Assembly: GCA_028690575.1 (NCBI GenBank)
Contig: JAQVAY010000002.1
Coordinates: 1 to 49,424 of the forward strand
From: Bacilli bacterium
Lineage (GTDB): Bacteria > Bacillota_I > Bacilli_A > RFN20 > CAG-826
Length of the DNA stretch: 49,424 bases
Reading direction: 5' to 3'
Below, piece after piece: positions 1 to 8,385 of the stretch. The stretch's first letter is position 1; every line of letters starts with the position of its first letter. The position numbers and the translations under genes are program-made. Below the pieces are notes generated by a model. It saw only the letters and a program-made list of their open reading frames with translations, was not told the origin of the DNA and ran no database searches.

Positions 1-2
1 TT

Positions 3-59
3 CAATTAAAAATTACCGCGATTAAAACCTATAACCCTACTTACAATATCGAAGTATAG
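3..59 (+). CDS. 3' end of an unidentified CDS running in from the left edge (partial)
   Basis: This is the only frame open from the window edge. It reads ...ITAIKTYNPTYNIEV and stops at TAG 57-59, followed by a hairpin at 82-101. It is too short to identify. Confidence 0.2.
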   Translation, partial: QLKITAIKTYNPTYNIEV

Positions 60-79
60 GGAAATCACTGAATCATTAG

Positions 80-310
80 AAAAGGCTCGTTTCTGAGCCT
101 TTTAAAATATTTAAGATATACGTTAATTCTTGTTCCTCAAGCTATGCTAGTGGCTATAATTCATGGCCACAACTTGATGACTTATTTATTTCTCCTAGTA
201 CTTTGGAGGGTTCCACTGTTGTCCCTGACAATTTTGGAGATGACACAACAATTGCTGATAAGACTGCGTATTTGGAAGCTAAATATTTAGCCGATCAAGC
301 AGCAATGTAG
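80..310 (+). pseudogene. Protein-like open frame with no usable start codon, possibly a lipoprotein gene remnant
   Basis: The frame is open from 80 to TAG 308-310. It translates to ...KIYVNSCSSSYASGYNSWPQLDDLFISPSTLEGSTVVPDNFGDDTTIADKTAYLEAKYLADQAAM. There is no ATG/GTG and no SD-preceded TTG, and no signal peptide precedes the Cys. It lies between two terminator-like hairpins. Confidence 0.25.
82..110 (+). terminator. Possible rho-independent terminator
   Basis: Stem AAGGCTC (82-88) pairs with GAGCCTT (95-101) around a 6-nt loop. The downstream tract TTTAAAATATTT is T/A-rich but not a clean U-run. Confidence 0.4.
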
Positions 311-357
311 TTAGCAAATCGTTTGTATCCTTTAATTTAGATTTCGTTATAATTAAC

Positions 358-388
358 AAGACCCGTTTTAAATCGGGTCTTTTATTTA
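358..388 (+). terminator. Rho-independent terminator
   Basis: AAGACCCG (358-365) pairs with CGGGTCTT (374-381) around an 8-nt loop, followed by TTATTTAT. Confidence 0.5.
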
Positions 389-408
389 TAAAGAATTATT
401 CATTAGAA

Positions 409-437
409 TTGAAAGAACATCCTAATTATGCAATAAT
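409..437 (+). promoter_or_regulatory. Candidate sigma-A promoter of ackA
   Basis: TTGAAA (409-414), a 17-nt spacer, then AATAAT (432-437) preceded by TGc (an extended -10). It lies about 27 nt upstream of the ackA ATG. Confidence 0.4.
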
Positions 438-463
438 ATACGCAGTTTTAAGAGGTAGTATCA

Positions 464-1666
464 ATGTCAAAGATTATGACGATAAATTCTGGAAGTTCTT
501 CGTTAAAGTTCAAGCTTTATGAAATGCCAGAAGAAAAAGTAATATGTTCTGGAAATTGTGAGAGAATTGGTTTAAAAGATGGCATTTTTACAATCAGATT
601 TGATGGTAAAAAAGAACAAACATATCCTGTCTTTCCAAACCACGCTGTCGCGGCACGAACTGTTCTCGAAGCTTTATTAAGCAAAGGAATTATTAAAGAT
701 TTTTCCGACATCAAAGCGATGGGCCATCGTATCGTTCAAGGAGGGAAATATTTCTCCAAATCAGCATTATTTACTGAAGAAACTGAGAAGAGAATTGAAT
801 CTTTGATTCCATTAGCTCCTCTTCATAATCAAGCCCACTTAACTTGCTATCGAGCCTTTAAAGAAGTCTTACCAGACTGTCCAAATATCGCTGTTTTTGA
901 TACCGCTTTTCATCAGAGTATGGAAGCCCAAGATTATGTTTTCGCCATTCCACATGAAATCGCTGAAAAATATGATATTCGCCGCTACGGAGCGCACGGA
1001 ACTAGTCACAAATATCTTTCTGAAGAAGGGTTAAAATATTTGCCAGGCGTTAAACACCCACGCATTATCTCTTGCCACATCGGAAGCGGAGCCTCAATAA
1101 CCGCCATCAAAGATGGCAAATGTGTCGCCACTTCAATGGGTTTAACTCCTCTAGGTGGCATTATGATGTGCACCAGAACTGGCGATATGGATCCAAGTGT
1201 TTTTAATTTTGTCGCTTCTGTGACTGGTAGATCAGCCGAAGAAGTTTACCAAATGTTCAATAAGAAATCAGGTTTCCTTGGACTATGTGGCTATTCCGAT
1301 TCTCGGGATGTTTTAGCTGGTGCAGACAAGGGTGATGAAAGATGCATTCTTGCTAACACATTATTCGTTCGTCGTATTGCTGATTTCATCGGCCAATATT
1401 TCGTCCGTTTAGGTGGATGTGACCTCATTATTTTCTCCGCTGGTATCGGTGAAAATGAACCAAGAACTCGCCGTGAAGTCATTGAGCAAATTCAGGATGC
1501 TTTATCAGTCAATATTGATAACCAATTCAATGATTCCATACACGGAAAAGAAGCCCTTATTTCGACCCCCAACAGCAAAATCAAAATCGCCGTAATCCCC
1601 ACTGATGAAGAAGTGATGATTGCTCGCGATGCTTACCAAATGTGTATTAAGGAGACACAAGAATAA
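464..1666 (+). CDS. ackA: Acetate kinase
   Basis: 400-aa ORF with acetate/propionate kinase signatures: INSGSSSLKFKLY, GHRIVQGG, DTAFHQSM, GAHGTSH, ISCHIGSGASI and EEVMIA. Confidence 0.95.
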   Translation: MSKIMTINSGSSSLKFKLYEMPEEKVICSGNCERIGLKDGIFTIRFDGKKEQTYPVFPNHAVAARTVLEALLSKGIIKDFSDIKAMGHRIVQGGKYFSKSALFTEETEKRIESLIPLAPLHNQAHLTCYRAFKEVLPDCPNIAVFDTAFHQSMEAQDYVFAIPHEIAEKYDIRRYGAHGTSHKYLSEEGLKYLPGVKHPRIISCHIGSGASITAIKDGKCVATSMGLTPLGGIMMCTRTGDMDPSVFNFVASVTGRSAEEVYQMFNKKSGFLGLCGYSDSRDVLAGADKGDERCILANTLFVRRIADFIGQYFVRLGGCDLIIFSAGIGENEPRTRREVIEQIQDALSVNIDNQFNDSIHGKEALISTPNSKIKIAVIPTDEEVMIARDAYQMCIKETQE

Positions 1667-1668
1667 AC

Positions 1669-2652
1669 ATGAAACAAATTTTTAAAGTGTATGCGGAAAG
1701 TGAAAAGAAAAATATCACCCGCTTGCACTCCGCCATTAAGCGATATGATCGTATTGCCATCTTCCGCCACTGCAAACCAGACTATGATGCCTTAGGCTCC
1801 CAAATGGGTTTAGCCACTTGGATAAAGGATAATTTTCCAAATAAAGAAGTGAGAGTTTTAGGAGACAATCATGTCACCTTTACTCCCCGATTATTCCCCT
1901 ATATGGATGAGTTAAATGAAGAGTGGTTTAAAAAACCATTCCTCGCTATCATCTTGGATACTGCCAACAGTTCTCGCATCGCTGATCCCCGTTGGAAAAA
2001 AGCTAAATTTAAAGTGAAAATGGACCACCATCCACTTGTCGAAGATTTTGGCAATGTCAGCATGGTCAACACTGTTGGAGCGGCTGCCTCAGAAAACATT
2101 GTCAACGCTCTTATTAATTTCAAGGGTAAATATGTGATGAGTAAAGAAGCAGCAGGGTATTTCTACGCTGCTATTGCCGGTGATTCTGGACGTTTCCAGT
2201 ATGCTTCCACTTCCGCTCATACTTTTGCTATCGCTGGCTACTTGCTTGAATCAGGTTTGGAATTAAGCAAAATTTACCAAAAGATGTATCGCAAGCAACT
2301 CGATGATCTATATGTCACCGCTTATATTCTCAATCACTTCACGATTTCCGAAAAAGGTGTGGCTTATTATATTTTGGATGCCAAAATCCAAGATGAATTG
2401 AAGATCACCACCGAAAGAGGCAAAGAAAATGTCAATATTTTTGCCAATATCGAAGGAGTTAATGCTTGGTGCTCCATCACTGAAGATCCCAAAGATAATT
2501 GTTGGAGAATTTCAATTCGTTCCAAAGAAAAAGCCATCAATGGAGTAGCTGCCATGTTTGAAGGCGGTGGACACCCACAAGCTTCTGGAGCGAAAATTAA
2601 TTCACTTGATGAACTACCAAAGTTTATCGCTGAGTTAAATAAATTATTCTAA
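1669..2652 (+). CDS. nrnA: DHH/DHHA1 phosphoesterase, NrnA-type oligoribonuclease/pAp phosphatase
   Basis: DHH motifs HCKPDYDALGS, ILDTAN and MDHHP are present, plus the DHHA1 motif GGGHPQASGA. The start is 2 nt after the ackA stop. Confidence 0.85.
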   Translation: MKQIFKVYAESEKKNITRLHSAIKRYDRIAIFRHCKPDYDALGSQMGLATWIKDNFPNKEVRVLGDNHVTFTPRLFPYMDELNEEWFKKPFLAIILDTANSSRIADPRWKKAKFKVKMDHHPLVEDFGNVSMVNTVGAAASENIVNALINFKGKYVMSKEAAGYFYAAIAGDSGRFQYASTSAHTFAIAGYLLESGLELSKIYQKMYRKQLDDLYVTAYILNHFTISEKGVAYYILDAKIQDELKITTERGKENVNIFANIEGVNAWCSITEDPKDNCWRISIRSKEKAINGVAAMFEGGGHPQASGAKINSLDELPKFIAELNKLF

Positions 2653-2663
2653 ATGTGAATTGT

Positions 2664-2692
2664 AAAAGGTAGCCATTAGGTTACCTTTTTTA
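2664..2692 (+). terminator. Rho-independent terminator after nrnA
   Basis: AAAGGTA (2665-2671) pairs with TTACCTTT (2681-2688), followed by a T-run. Confidence 0.6.
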
Positions 2693-2728
2693 TTTAAAAA
2701 AGTCATAGTTATAGACTATACTATGTGT

Positions 2729-5700
2729 ATGAGCAAATTCGCGCCCTTACATATTATTTCCTGCTACTCTTTCTTAAAGAGCGGCTTGACCGTCAAAAAG
2801 ATTGCCCGCTCCATTGAAAAGCAGGGTTATTTTGGCGCCGGAATTGCTGATTTTGGAAGTATGTATGGGATTCCTGAATTTGTCCATGCGATGGAAGATA
2901 TTAAAAAACCCTATTTGGTCGGCATTAATATCACCATAGATGAAACTAATCTTTGTTTGTATGTTCTCAACGAGGAGGGGTACCACCACCTCATCAACAT
3001 CAACACTGCGATTCAAAAAAACGAATTAACTCTCGCCACTCTTTCTAAAAATTGCGGCGGATTAGCTTGTGTCATGGAAACAAACTATGGAACCTTTAAA
3101 GAACGTTTCTCGGCCTTAGAAAAAATTGATACAACCTTTACGAAGTGGCTCAACGAATATTCCAAACTCTTTGAGCCAAGTTTTTATCTCGGCATTGAGG
3201 TTGTTGACTTAGCCAGTAAGACAATGATGGAAAAAGTTCGCACATTCGCCAAAGAATACAATTATCAATGTTTAGCCTTTCCTCGTCTACGTTATGAAAA
3301 AAAGGACGATGCGATTGTTTTAAAAATTGTTTCCGCCATCGGGGAAGGAACTTTTATCAAAGAGAAAAAGGCTTTTGGTTATGAATATTTCATGGCTGAA
3401 GCTGATTATCATAAAATTTATTCGGAAAATGAGATAGGGGCGACAAACGATTTGATTAAGCAAAGCCAATTTGCTTTTATGCAAAAAAGAGGCGAAATGC
3501 TTCATTTTTCTTCTCGAAACTGCGATGAAGAATTAAAAGAGATGGCTTATGAGAAACTAAAAAAACTCAATTTAGATGCAAAGTCTGAATATGTTGAAAG
3601 ACTTGATTATGAATTATCAACAATTAGTTCAATGGGATATTCCGATTATTTTCTTTTAGTTCAAGATTATGTGAACTGGGCAAAAAGAGAAGGAATTCTT
3701 GTCGGAGCCGGTCGAGGAAGTTCCGCGGGAAGTCTTGTTAGTTACCTTTTGAATATTACTGAAGTTGATCCAATCTTCTATCGTTTACAATTTGAAAGAT
3801 TCCTCAATCCGGCTAGAAAAAGCATGCCGGATATCGATGTCGATTTTATGGATATCAAACGTGAAGATGTCATTCAATATATGCGTGACAAATACGGGCG
3901 TAATAAAGTCAGCACGATTGTCACTTTCCAAACTATTTTAGCCCGACAAGCTATTCGCGATATTGGAAGGGTTTATCAATATCCAGAAAGACACATTGTT
4001 TTACTAAGTAAGGCTATTAGCAATCCTCGTTATTCATTAGGCCAAGCTTATAAATACCTCCCAGAATTTCAAAAGACTATCGATAGTGACCCATACTTTA
4101 AAGAGTTTGTTTCTCTAGCCGGAAAAATTGAAGGTTTACCCCGTCAATCAGGGCAACACGCAGCGGGTATTATATTAAATAATACACCTATCGAAAATTC
4201 TATTCCTGTCTCTATTGATTTTAACGATAATTACATCTCACAATATGAAGCGGAATATCTTGAGGAGCAAGGATTCTTAAAAATGGATTTCCTTGGTATT
4301 CGTAATCTCACCACTGTTTCCGTATGCGTTGATTTAATCAACTCTCATTATCCTGACATCCATCTTGATAAGATGAAACTTCCCTATGATAGTCCGGAAA
4401 TATTTGATCTTATCAGTTCCGGTCACACAATTGGTTTATTCCAAATTGAAACTGCCGTGATGCGAAGAGGAATTCAAACCTTAAGGCCGAATTCTTTTGA
4501 GGATGTCGTCGCCCTGATTGCCCTTAATCGTCCTGGCCCAATGCCCTATGTTAGAAACTACGCCCTCCGACGCGATGGCAAAGAAAAAATTGTTTATCTT
4601 TCGGAAGACTTGAAAGATATCTTAGCTCCTACTTATGGAATAATTGTCTATCAAGAGCAAATCAACCAAATCGCTTCAGTTATGGCGGGTTTGTCGCCTG
4701 CTGAGGCTGATTCATTTCGTCGAGCAGTCAGCAAAAAAGATAAAGCTATTCTTCTTTCCTTAGGGAAACAATTTATTGAGGGTTCGATTAAAACCGGTCA
4801 TAGCGAGGCGGTTAGTAAAGAAGTCTTTAATGACATCTTGAAATTCGCTGATTATGGCTTTAATCGTTCACATTCTGTTGTTTACGCAGTTTTAGCTTGT
4901 CGCATGGCTTGGCTCAAAGCCCACTATCCATTAGAATTCTATGTTGCTTTACTGGAAACTAGCCTTTCCGCTAACGATAGTAAGTTCATCGATAATATTG
5001 CCGAAATGAGGGCGATGGGGATTAAAATACTGACGCCTGATATTAATGAATCACAAATGGCTTTTTCCATTAATAACAAGAGTCTTCTTTTTCCTTTGAC
5101 ATCCATCAGCGGAATTAACGATTTAATGGCGGAAACCATCATTCAAGAACGCAAAAATGGTCCTTATAAAGATATCTTCGACTTTGTCACTCGCCTCTAT
5201 CAAAACAAAATAAGTGAGTCCCAAGTCTTAAAATTAATTAACGCTGGAGCATTCGATAAATTGCATAATTCAAGAGCCAGTTTAAGAAATACAATCAAAG
5301 CTGCCTTGCAGTACGCTCAACTCATCAGTGATGATAATGGCCAACTTAATTTGGGCATCGCCGCTATTGCCCCTCCAGACATTATGGTAGAGCAAGATGA
5401 TCCTCTCGAAAACCTCGATCTAGAATACGACACGATCGGAGTTATGCTTAGCAGCAACGTTTTAGATTACAAAAAAGATTTATTGAAGGCAAAGAATGTC
5501 GTTCCCATCAATGAATTGGTTGAGCATAACGAAGTTAATATTGCCGGTATTGTGAAAGTCAAAAAAGTCATTAAGACCAAAAAAGGTTCATCGATGGCTT
5601 TCGTGAAGATTTTTGATCAAACTGGCGATATCGAAATGACGGTTTTCCCCAACTTATTTGCTGAGGTGGCCTCCTTGCTTGAAAAAAATAATATCATCCT

Positions 5701-5776
5701 TGTCAAAGGCCGATATGAAGTAAAAAACGATGAATCAAGCTTTATCGCTGAGACAATTGAGAATTTGGAGAATTAA
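2729..5776 (+). CDS. dnaE: DNA polymerase III alpha subunit (DnaE type)
   Basis: Pol III alpha core motifs are present: GAGRGSSAGSLVSYLLNITEVDP, PDIDVDF, HAAGIIL, FLKMDFLGIRNLT and YQEQ. There is a C-terminal OB fold and no PolC-type exonuclease insert. The ORF track starts at ATG 2723, but I prefer ATG 2729 (MSKFAPLHI...). Neither start has an SD. Confidence 0.93.
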   Translation: MSKFAPLHIISCYSFLKSGLTVKKIARSIEKQGYFGAGIADFGSMYGIPEFVHAMEDIKKPYLVGINITIDETNLCLYVLNEEGYHHLININTAIQKNELTLATLSKNCGGLACVMETNYGTFKERFSALEKIDTTFTKWLNEYSKLFEPSFYLGIEVVDLASKTMMEKVRTFAKEYNYQCLAFPRLRYEKKDDAIVLKIVSAIGEGTFIKEKKAFGYEYFMAEADYHKIYSENEIGATNDLIKQSQFAFMQKRGEMLHFSSRNCDEELKEMAYEKLKKLNLDAKSEYVERLDYELSTISSMGYSDYFLLVQDYVNWAKREGILVGAGRGSSAGSLVSYLLNITEVDPIFYRLQFERFLNPARKSMPDIDVDFMDIKREDVIQYMRDKYGRNKVSTIVTFQTILARQAIRDIGRVYQYPERHIVLLSKAISNPRYSLGQAYKYLPEFQKTIDSDPYFKEFVSLAGKIEGLPRQSGQHAAGIILNNTPIENSIPVSIDFNDNYISQYEAEYLEEQGFLKMDFLGIRNLTTVSVCVDLINSHYPDIHLDKMKLPYDSPEIFDLISSGHTIGLFQIETAVMRRGIQTLRPNSFEDVVALIALNRPGPMPYVRNYALRRDGKEKIVYLSEDLKDILAPTYGIIVYQEQINQIASVMAGLSPAEADSFRRAVSKKDKAILLSLGKQFIEGSIKTGHSEAVSKEVFNDILKFADYGFNRSHSVVYAVLACRMAWLKAHYPLEFYVALLETSLSANDSKFIDNIAEMRAMGIKILTPDINESQMAFSINNKSLLFPLTSISGINDLMAETIIQERKNGPYKDIFDFVTRLYQNKISESQVLKLINAGAFDKLHNSRASLRNTIKAALQYAQLISDDNGQLNLGIAAIAPPDIMVEQDDPLENLDLEYDTIGVMLSSNVLDYKKDLLKAKNVVPINELVEHNEVNIAGIVKVKKVIKTKKGSSMAFVKIFDQTGDIEMTVFPNLFAEVASLLEKNNIILVKGRYEVKNDESSFIAETIENLEN

Positions 5777-5777
5777 T

Positions 5778-8375
5778 ATGAAAAAAATTACGATTATAGA
5801 TGGCAACTCATTGCTGTTTCGCGCTTATTACGCCACCGCCTACCCGGGTGTTGAAGTAATGAGAAGCCAAGATGGCACACCAACAAACGCTATTTTTGCT
5901 TTTTCCAATATGCTCAACAAGATAATTTCCACTATCAAAGAGGGCGAAGCTATTTTCGTGGCTTTTGATACAGGCAAACCAACTTTTAGACACGAGAGTT
6001 GCGATTTTTATAAAACCAATCGCAAACCAGCTCCTGATGATTTAGTCAAGCAGTTCCCAATCGTTAGAGAATTCTTAGATTCAATTGGAATTTTTCAATT
6101 CGAAGAAGATGGTTTTGAAGGAGATGACATTGCCGGAAGCGTGGCTAAAGAAGCCGAGCGACTTGGTTATGAAGTTCACCTCTATACTTCTGACCGGGAC
6201 TTTATTCAATTAGTGAGTGATAACACCACCGTTCATATACTGAAGAAAGGCCTTTCTGATGTCCTTTTAATGACCCCTCAACTTGTTGAAGAAACCTATG
6301 GATTTAAGCCTCATCAAATTGTGGACTATAAAGGTTTGCGAGGCGATGCTAGTGACAACCTACCTGGTATCAAGGGGATTGGTGAAAAAAAAGCCATTAA
6401 ATTAATACAAGAGTATGGAAGTTTTGATGAAATACTAAAAAACGCTCCTTTAATGAAAGGCAAGATTGGCGAACAGATTATTGCCGATCAAGAGATGGGT
6501 AAAATATCTCTTGAAATGGCTCTCATCAAAACAGATGTTGCTCTTCCTTTTTCCATATCTGAGCTCATTTATGAAGGCTATGATTTCCAAACACTCAATA
6601 GTTTTTGTCAGAAATATGGCTTTAAACAATTGATAAATAAAATCCCTCAAAAATGGAAAAAAGACACAAATACTGGGGTGGACATTGAAGTTCAAAAAGT
6701 AACTTCTCTGGCTTCTTTCGATATTCCTGATTCAATAGGAATTGCACTCGATTACGATGGCGATGATTACACAAAATGCGATATTTTTGGAGTAGGCTTT
6801 GATTTTGGATGTTACCACTTATACATGGAAATAAATGATTTAAAAGATGATGAAACAGCAAAGCGTATTCTTTTCGATAAATCTATTAAAAAATATTGCT
6901 ATGACTTTAAGGCTATTCGTGTTGCTTTATCTCGATTTGATATTAAAATAAGAGGCTTGGTTTTTGATTTATTAATTGCATCTTATTTACTAGATAGTTC
7001 TTTAAAAAACAACCCCGAAATAGTCGTTAACTTATTTGGTGTCGACCTAGGGGAGAACGAAGAAGAAGTAACTTTGTTAAGCACTGGAAATCCAAAAAAG
7101 ACGGTAAAAATTGCACATTTATCGCGAGTTTTGTTTTCAAAAGTTGCTCAAGAACTTAAGAAAATTTCGGCTTTTGAACTATATAACAATTTAGAGATTC
7201 CTCTTGTTGATACTCTGGCTGATATGGAAATCGAAGGCTTTCCCTTAGATGCTAAAGTATTGGATTCTTTTGGTGATATCTATAAGGAAAAAGCCGATGA
7301 GTTATCGAAAGAGATATTTCAAATTGCGGGTGAAGAATTTAATCTATCTTCTCCAAAGCAAATCGGAGATATTCTCTATAATAAAATGGGGCTGAAGGCG
7401 AACCGCAAAATGTCAACTTCCTTTGAAGCCTTGAAGGAATTATCCAAGGAGCATCCTATTGTTGACAAGATTCTCGAATACCGCAAATATTTCAAATTGA
7501 TATCAACTTATATCGATGGCTTGAAAAAGCACATTCATGAGGACGGAAAGATTCACGCCAAATTCAATCAAGCTCTCACTGCTACTGGTCGTTTATCAAG
7601 TTCCGATCCAAATTTACAAAATATTTCCATTCGAGATGAGGAAGGAAAACTAATCCGCAAGGCTTTCTACTTTCAAGATAGCAATTATGAATTGTTGTCT
7701 TTCGACTACTCTCAAATTGAGTTGCGGGTCTTAGCATCTCTTTCTCATTGCGTTGCCTTAAAAGAAATATTCGCTCATGGTGAAGACATTCACTCGGCAA
7801 CCGCAAAGAAGATATTTAACCTAGCTGGGGAGCCAACCTCTCTTCAAAGAAGAAGAGCCAAGACAGTCAATTTTGGTATTGTTTATGGCATTTCCGATTG
7901 GGGATTAGCAGAGCAACTAGAAATCCCTGTTCAGGAAGCTAAAAGTATCATTTCCAACTTCTATCAATCTTTTCCGGAAATTGGTACATTCTTTAATACT
8001 GTCATCTCCCAAGCCTTAAAAGATGGATATGTCTCGACACTACTTGGTAGAAGAAGATACTTAAGAGAACTCAAGGATGGCAACTATCAAACAAGAGAGT
8101 TCGCCAAAAGAGCGGCCATGAATGCTCCGATTCAAGGAACAGCGGCGGATTTAATCAAATGTGCGATGATTCGTGTTGATAAAGCCCTTGAAGAGGGACA
8201 ATACCAAACCAAAATGGTTTTGCAGATTCACGATGAATTGCTTTTTAAAGTTCCCAAGAATGAAAAGGATGTTGTTTATCCTCTCATTAAAAACATCATG
8301 GAAAACGCTATGAAGCTGGATGTCCCTCTCGAAGTAGATGGGGGATTTGGCGAAGATTGGTATAGCACCAAATAA
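5778..8375 (+). CDS. polA: DNA polymerase I
   Basis: It has a 5'-nuclease domain (IIDGNSLLFRAYYA, GIKGIGEKKA) and family-A polymerase motifs (DYSQIELRVLA, RRRAKTVNFGIVYG, QIHDELLF). GGAGA lies 6 nt upstream of ATG 5778. The upstream ATG at 5730 would overlap dnaE by 47 nt. Confidence 0.95.
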   Translation: MKKITIIDGNSLLFRAYYATAYPGVEVMRSQDGTPTNAIFAFSNMLNKIISTIKEGEAIFVAFDTGKPTFRHESCDFYKTNRKPAPDDLVKQFPIVREFLDSIGIFQFEEDGFEGDDIAGSVAKEAERLGYEVHLYTSDRDFIQLVSDNTTVHILKKGLSDVLLMTPQLVEETYGFKPHQIVDYKGLRGDASDNLPGIKGIGEKKAIKLIQEYGSFDEILKNAPLMKGKIGEQIIADQEMGKISLEMALIKTDVALPFSISELIYEGYDFQTLNSFCQKYGFKQLINKIPQKWKKDTNTGVDIEVQKVTSLASFDIPDSIGIALDYDGDDYTKCDIFGVGFDFGCYHLYMEINDLKDDETAKRILFDKSIKKYCYDFKAIRVALSRFDIKIRGLVFDLLIASYLLDSSLKNNPEIVVNLFGVDLGENEEEVTLLSTGNPKKTVKIAHLSRVLFSKVAQELKKISAFELYNNLEIPLVDTLADMEIEGFPLDAKVLDSFGDIYKEKADELSKEIFQIAGEEFNLSSPKQIGDILYNKMGLKANRKMSTSFEALKELSKEHPIVDKILEYRKYFKLISTYIDGLKKHIHEDGKIHAKFNQALTATGRLSSSDPNLQNISIRDEEGKLIRKAFYFQDSNYELLSFDYSQIELRVLASLSHCVALKEIFAHGEDIHSATAKKIFNLAGEPTSLQRRRAKTVNFGIVYGISDWGLAEQLEIPVQEAKSIISNFYQSFPEIGTFFNTVISQALKDGYVSTLLGRRRYLRELKDGNYQTREFAKRAAMNAPIQGTAADLIKCAMIRVDKALEEGQYQTKMVLQIHDELLFKVPKNEKDVVYPLIKNIMENAMKLDVPLEVDGGFGEDWYSTK

Positions 8376-8385
8376 GGAGATAGAT

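Noticed and set aside
312-330. A cre-like (CcpA) element, CAAATCGTTTG, upstream of ackA.
   Set aside because: It is only a short imperfect palindrome and a poor match to the cre consensus (the flanking TG and CA are missing). It lies about 90 bp upstream of the putative -35. This is not enough evidence.
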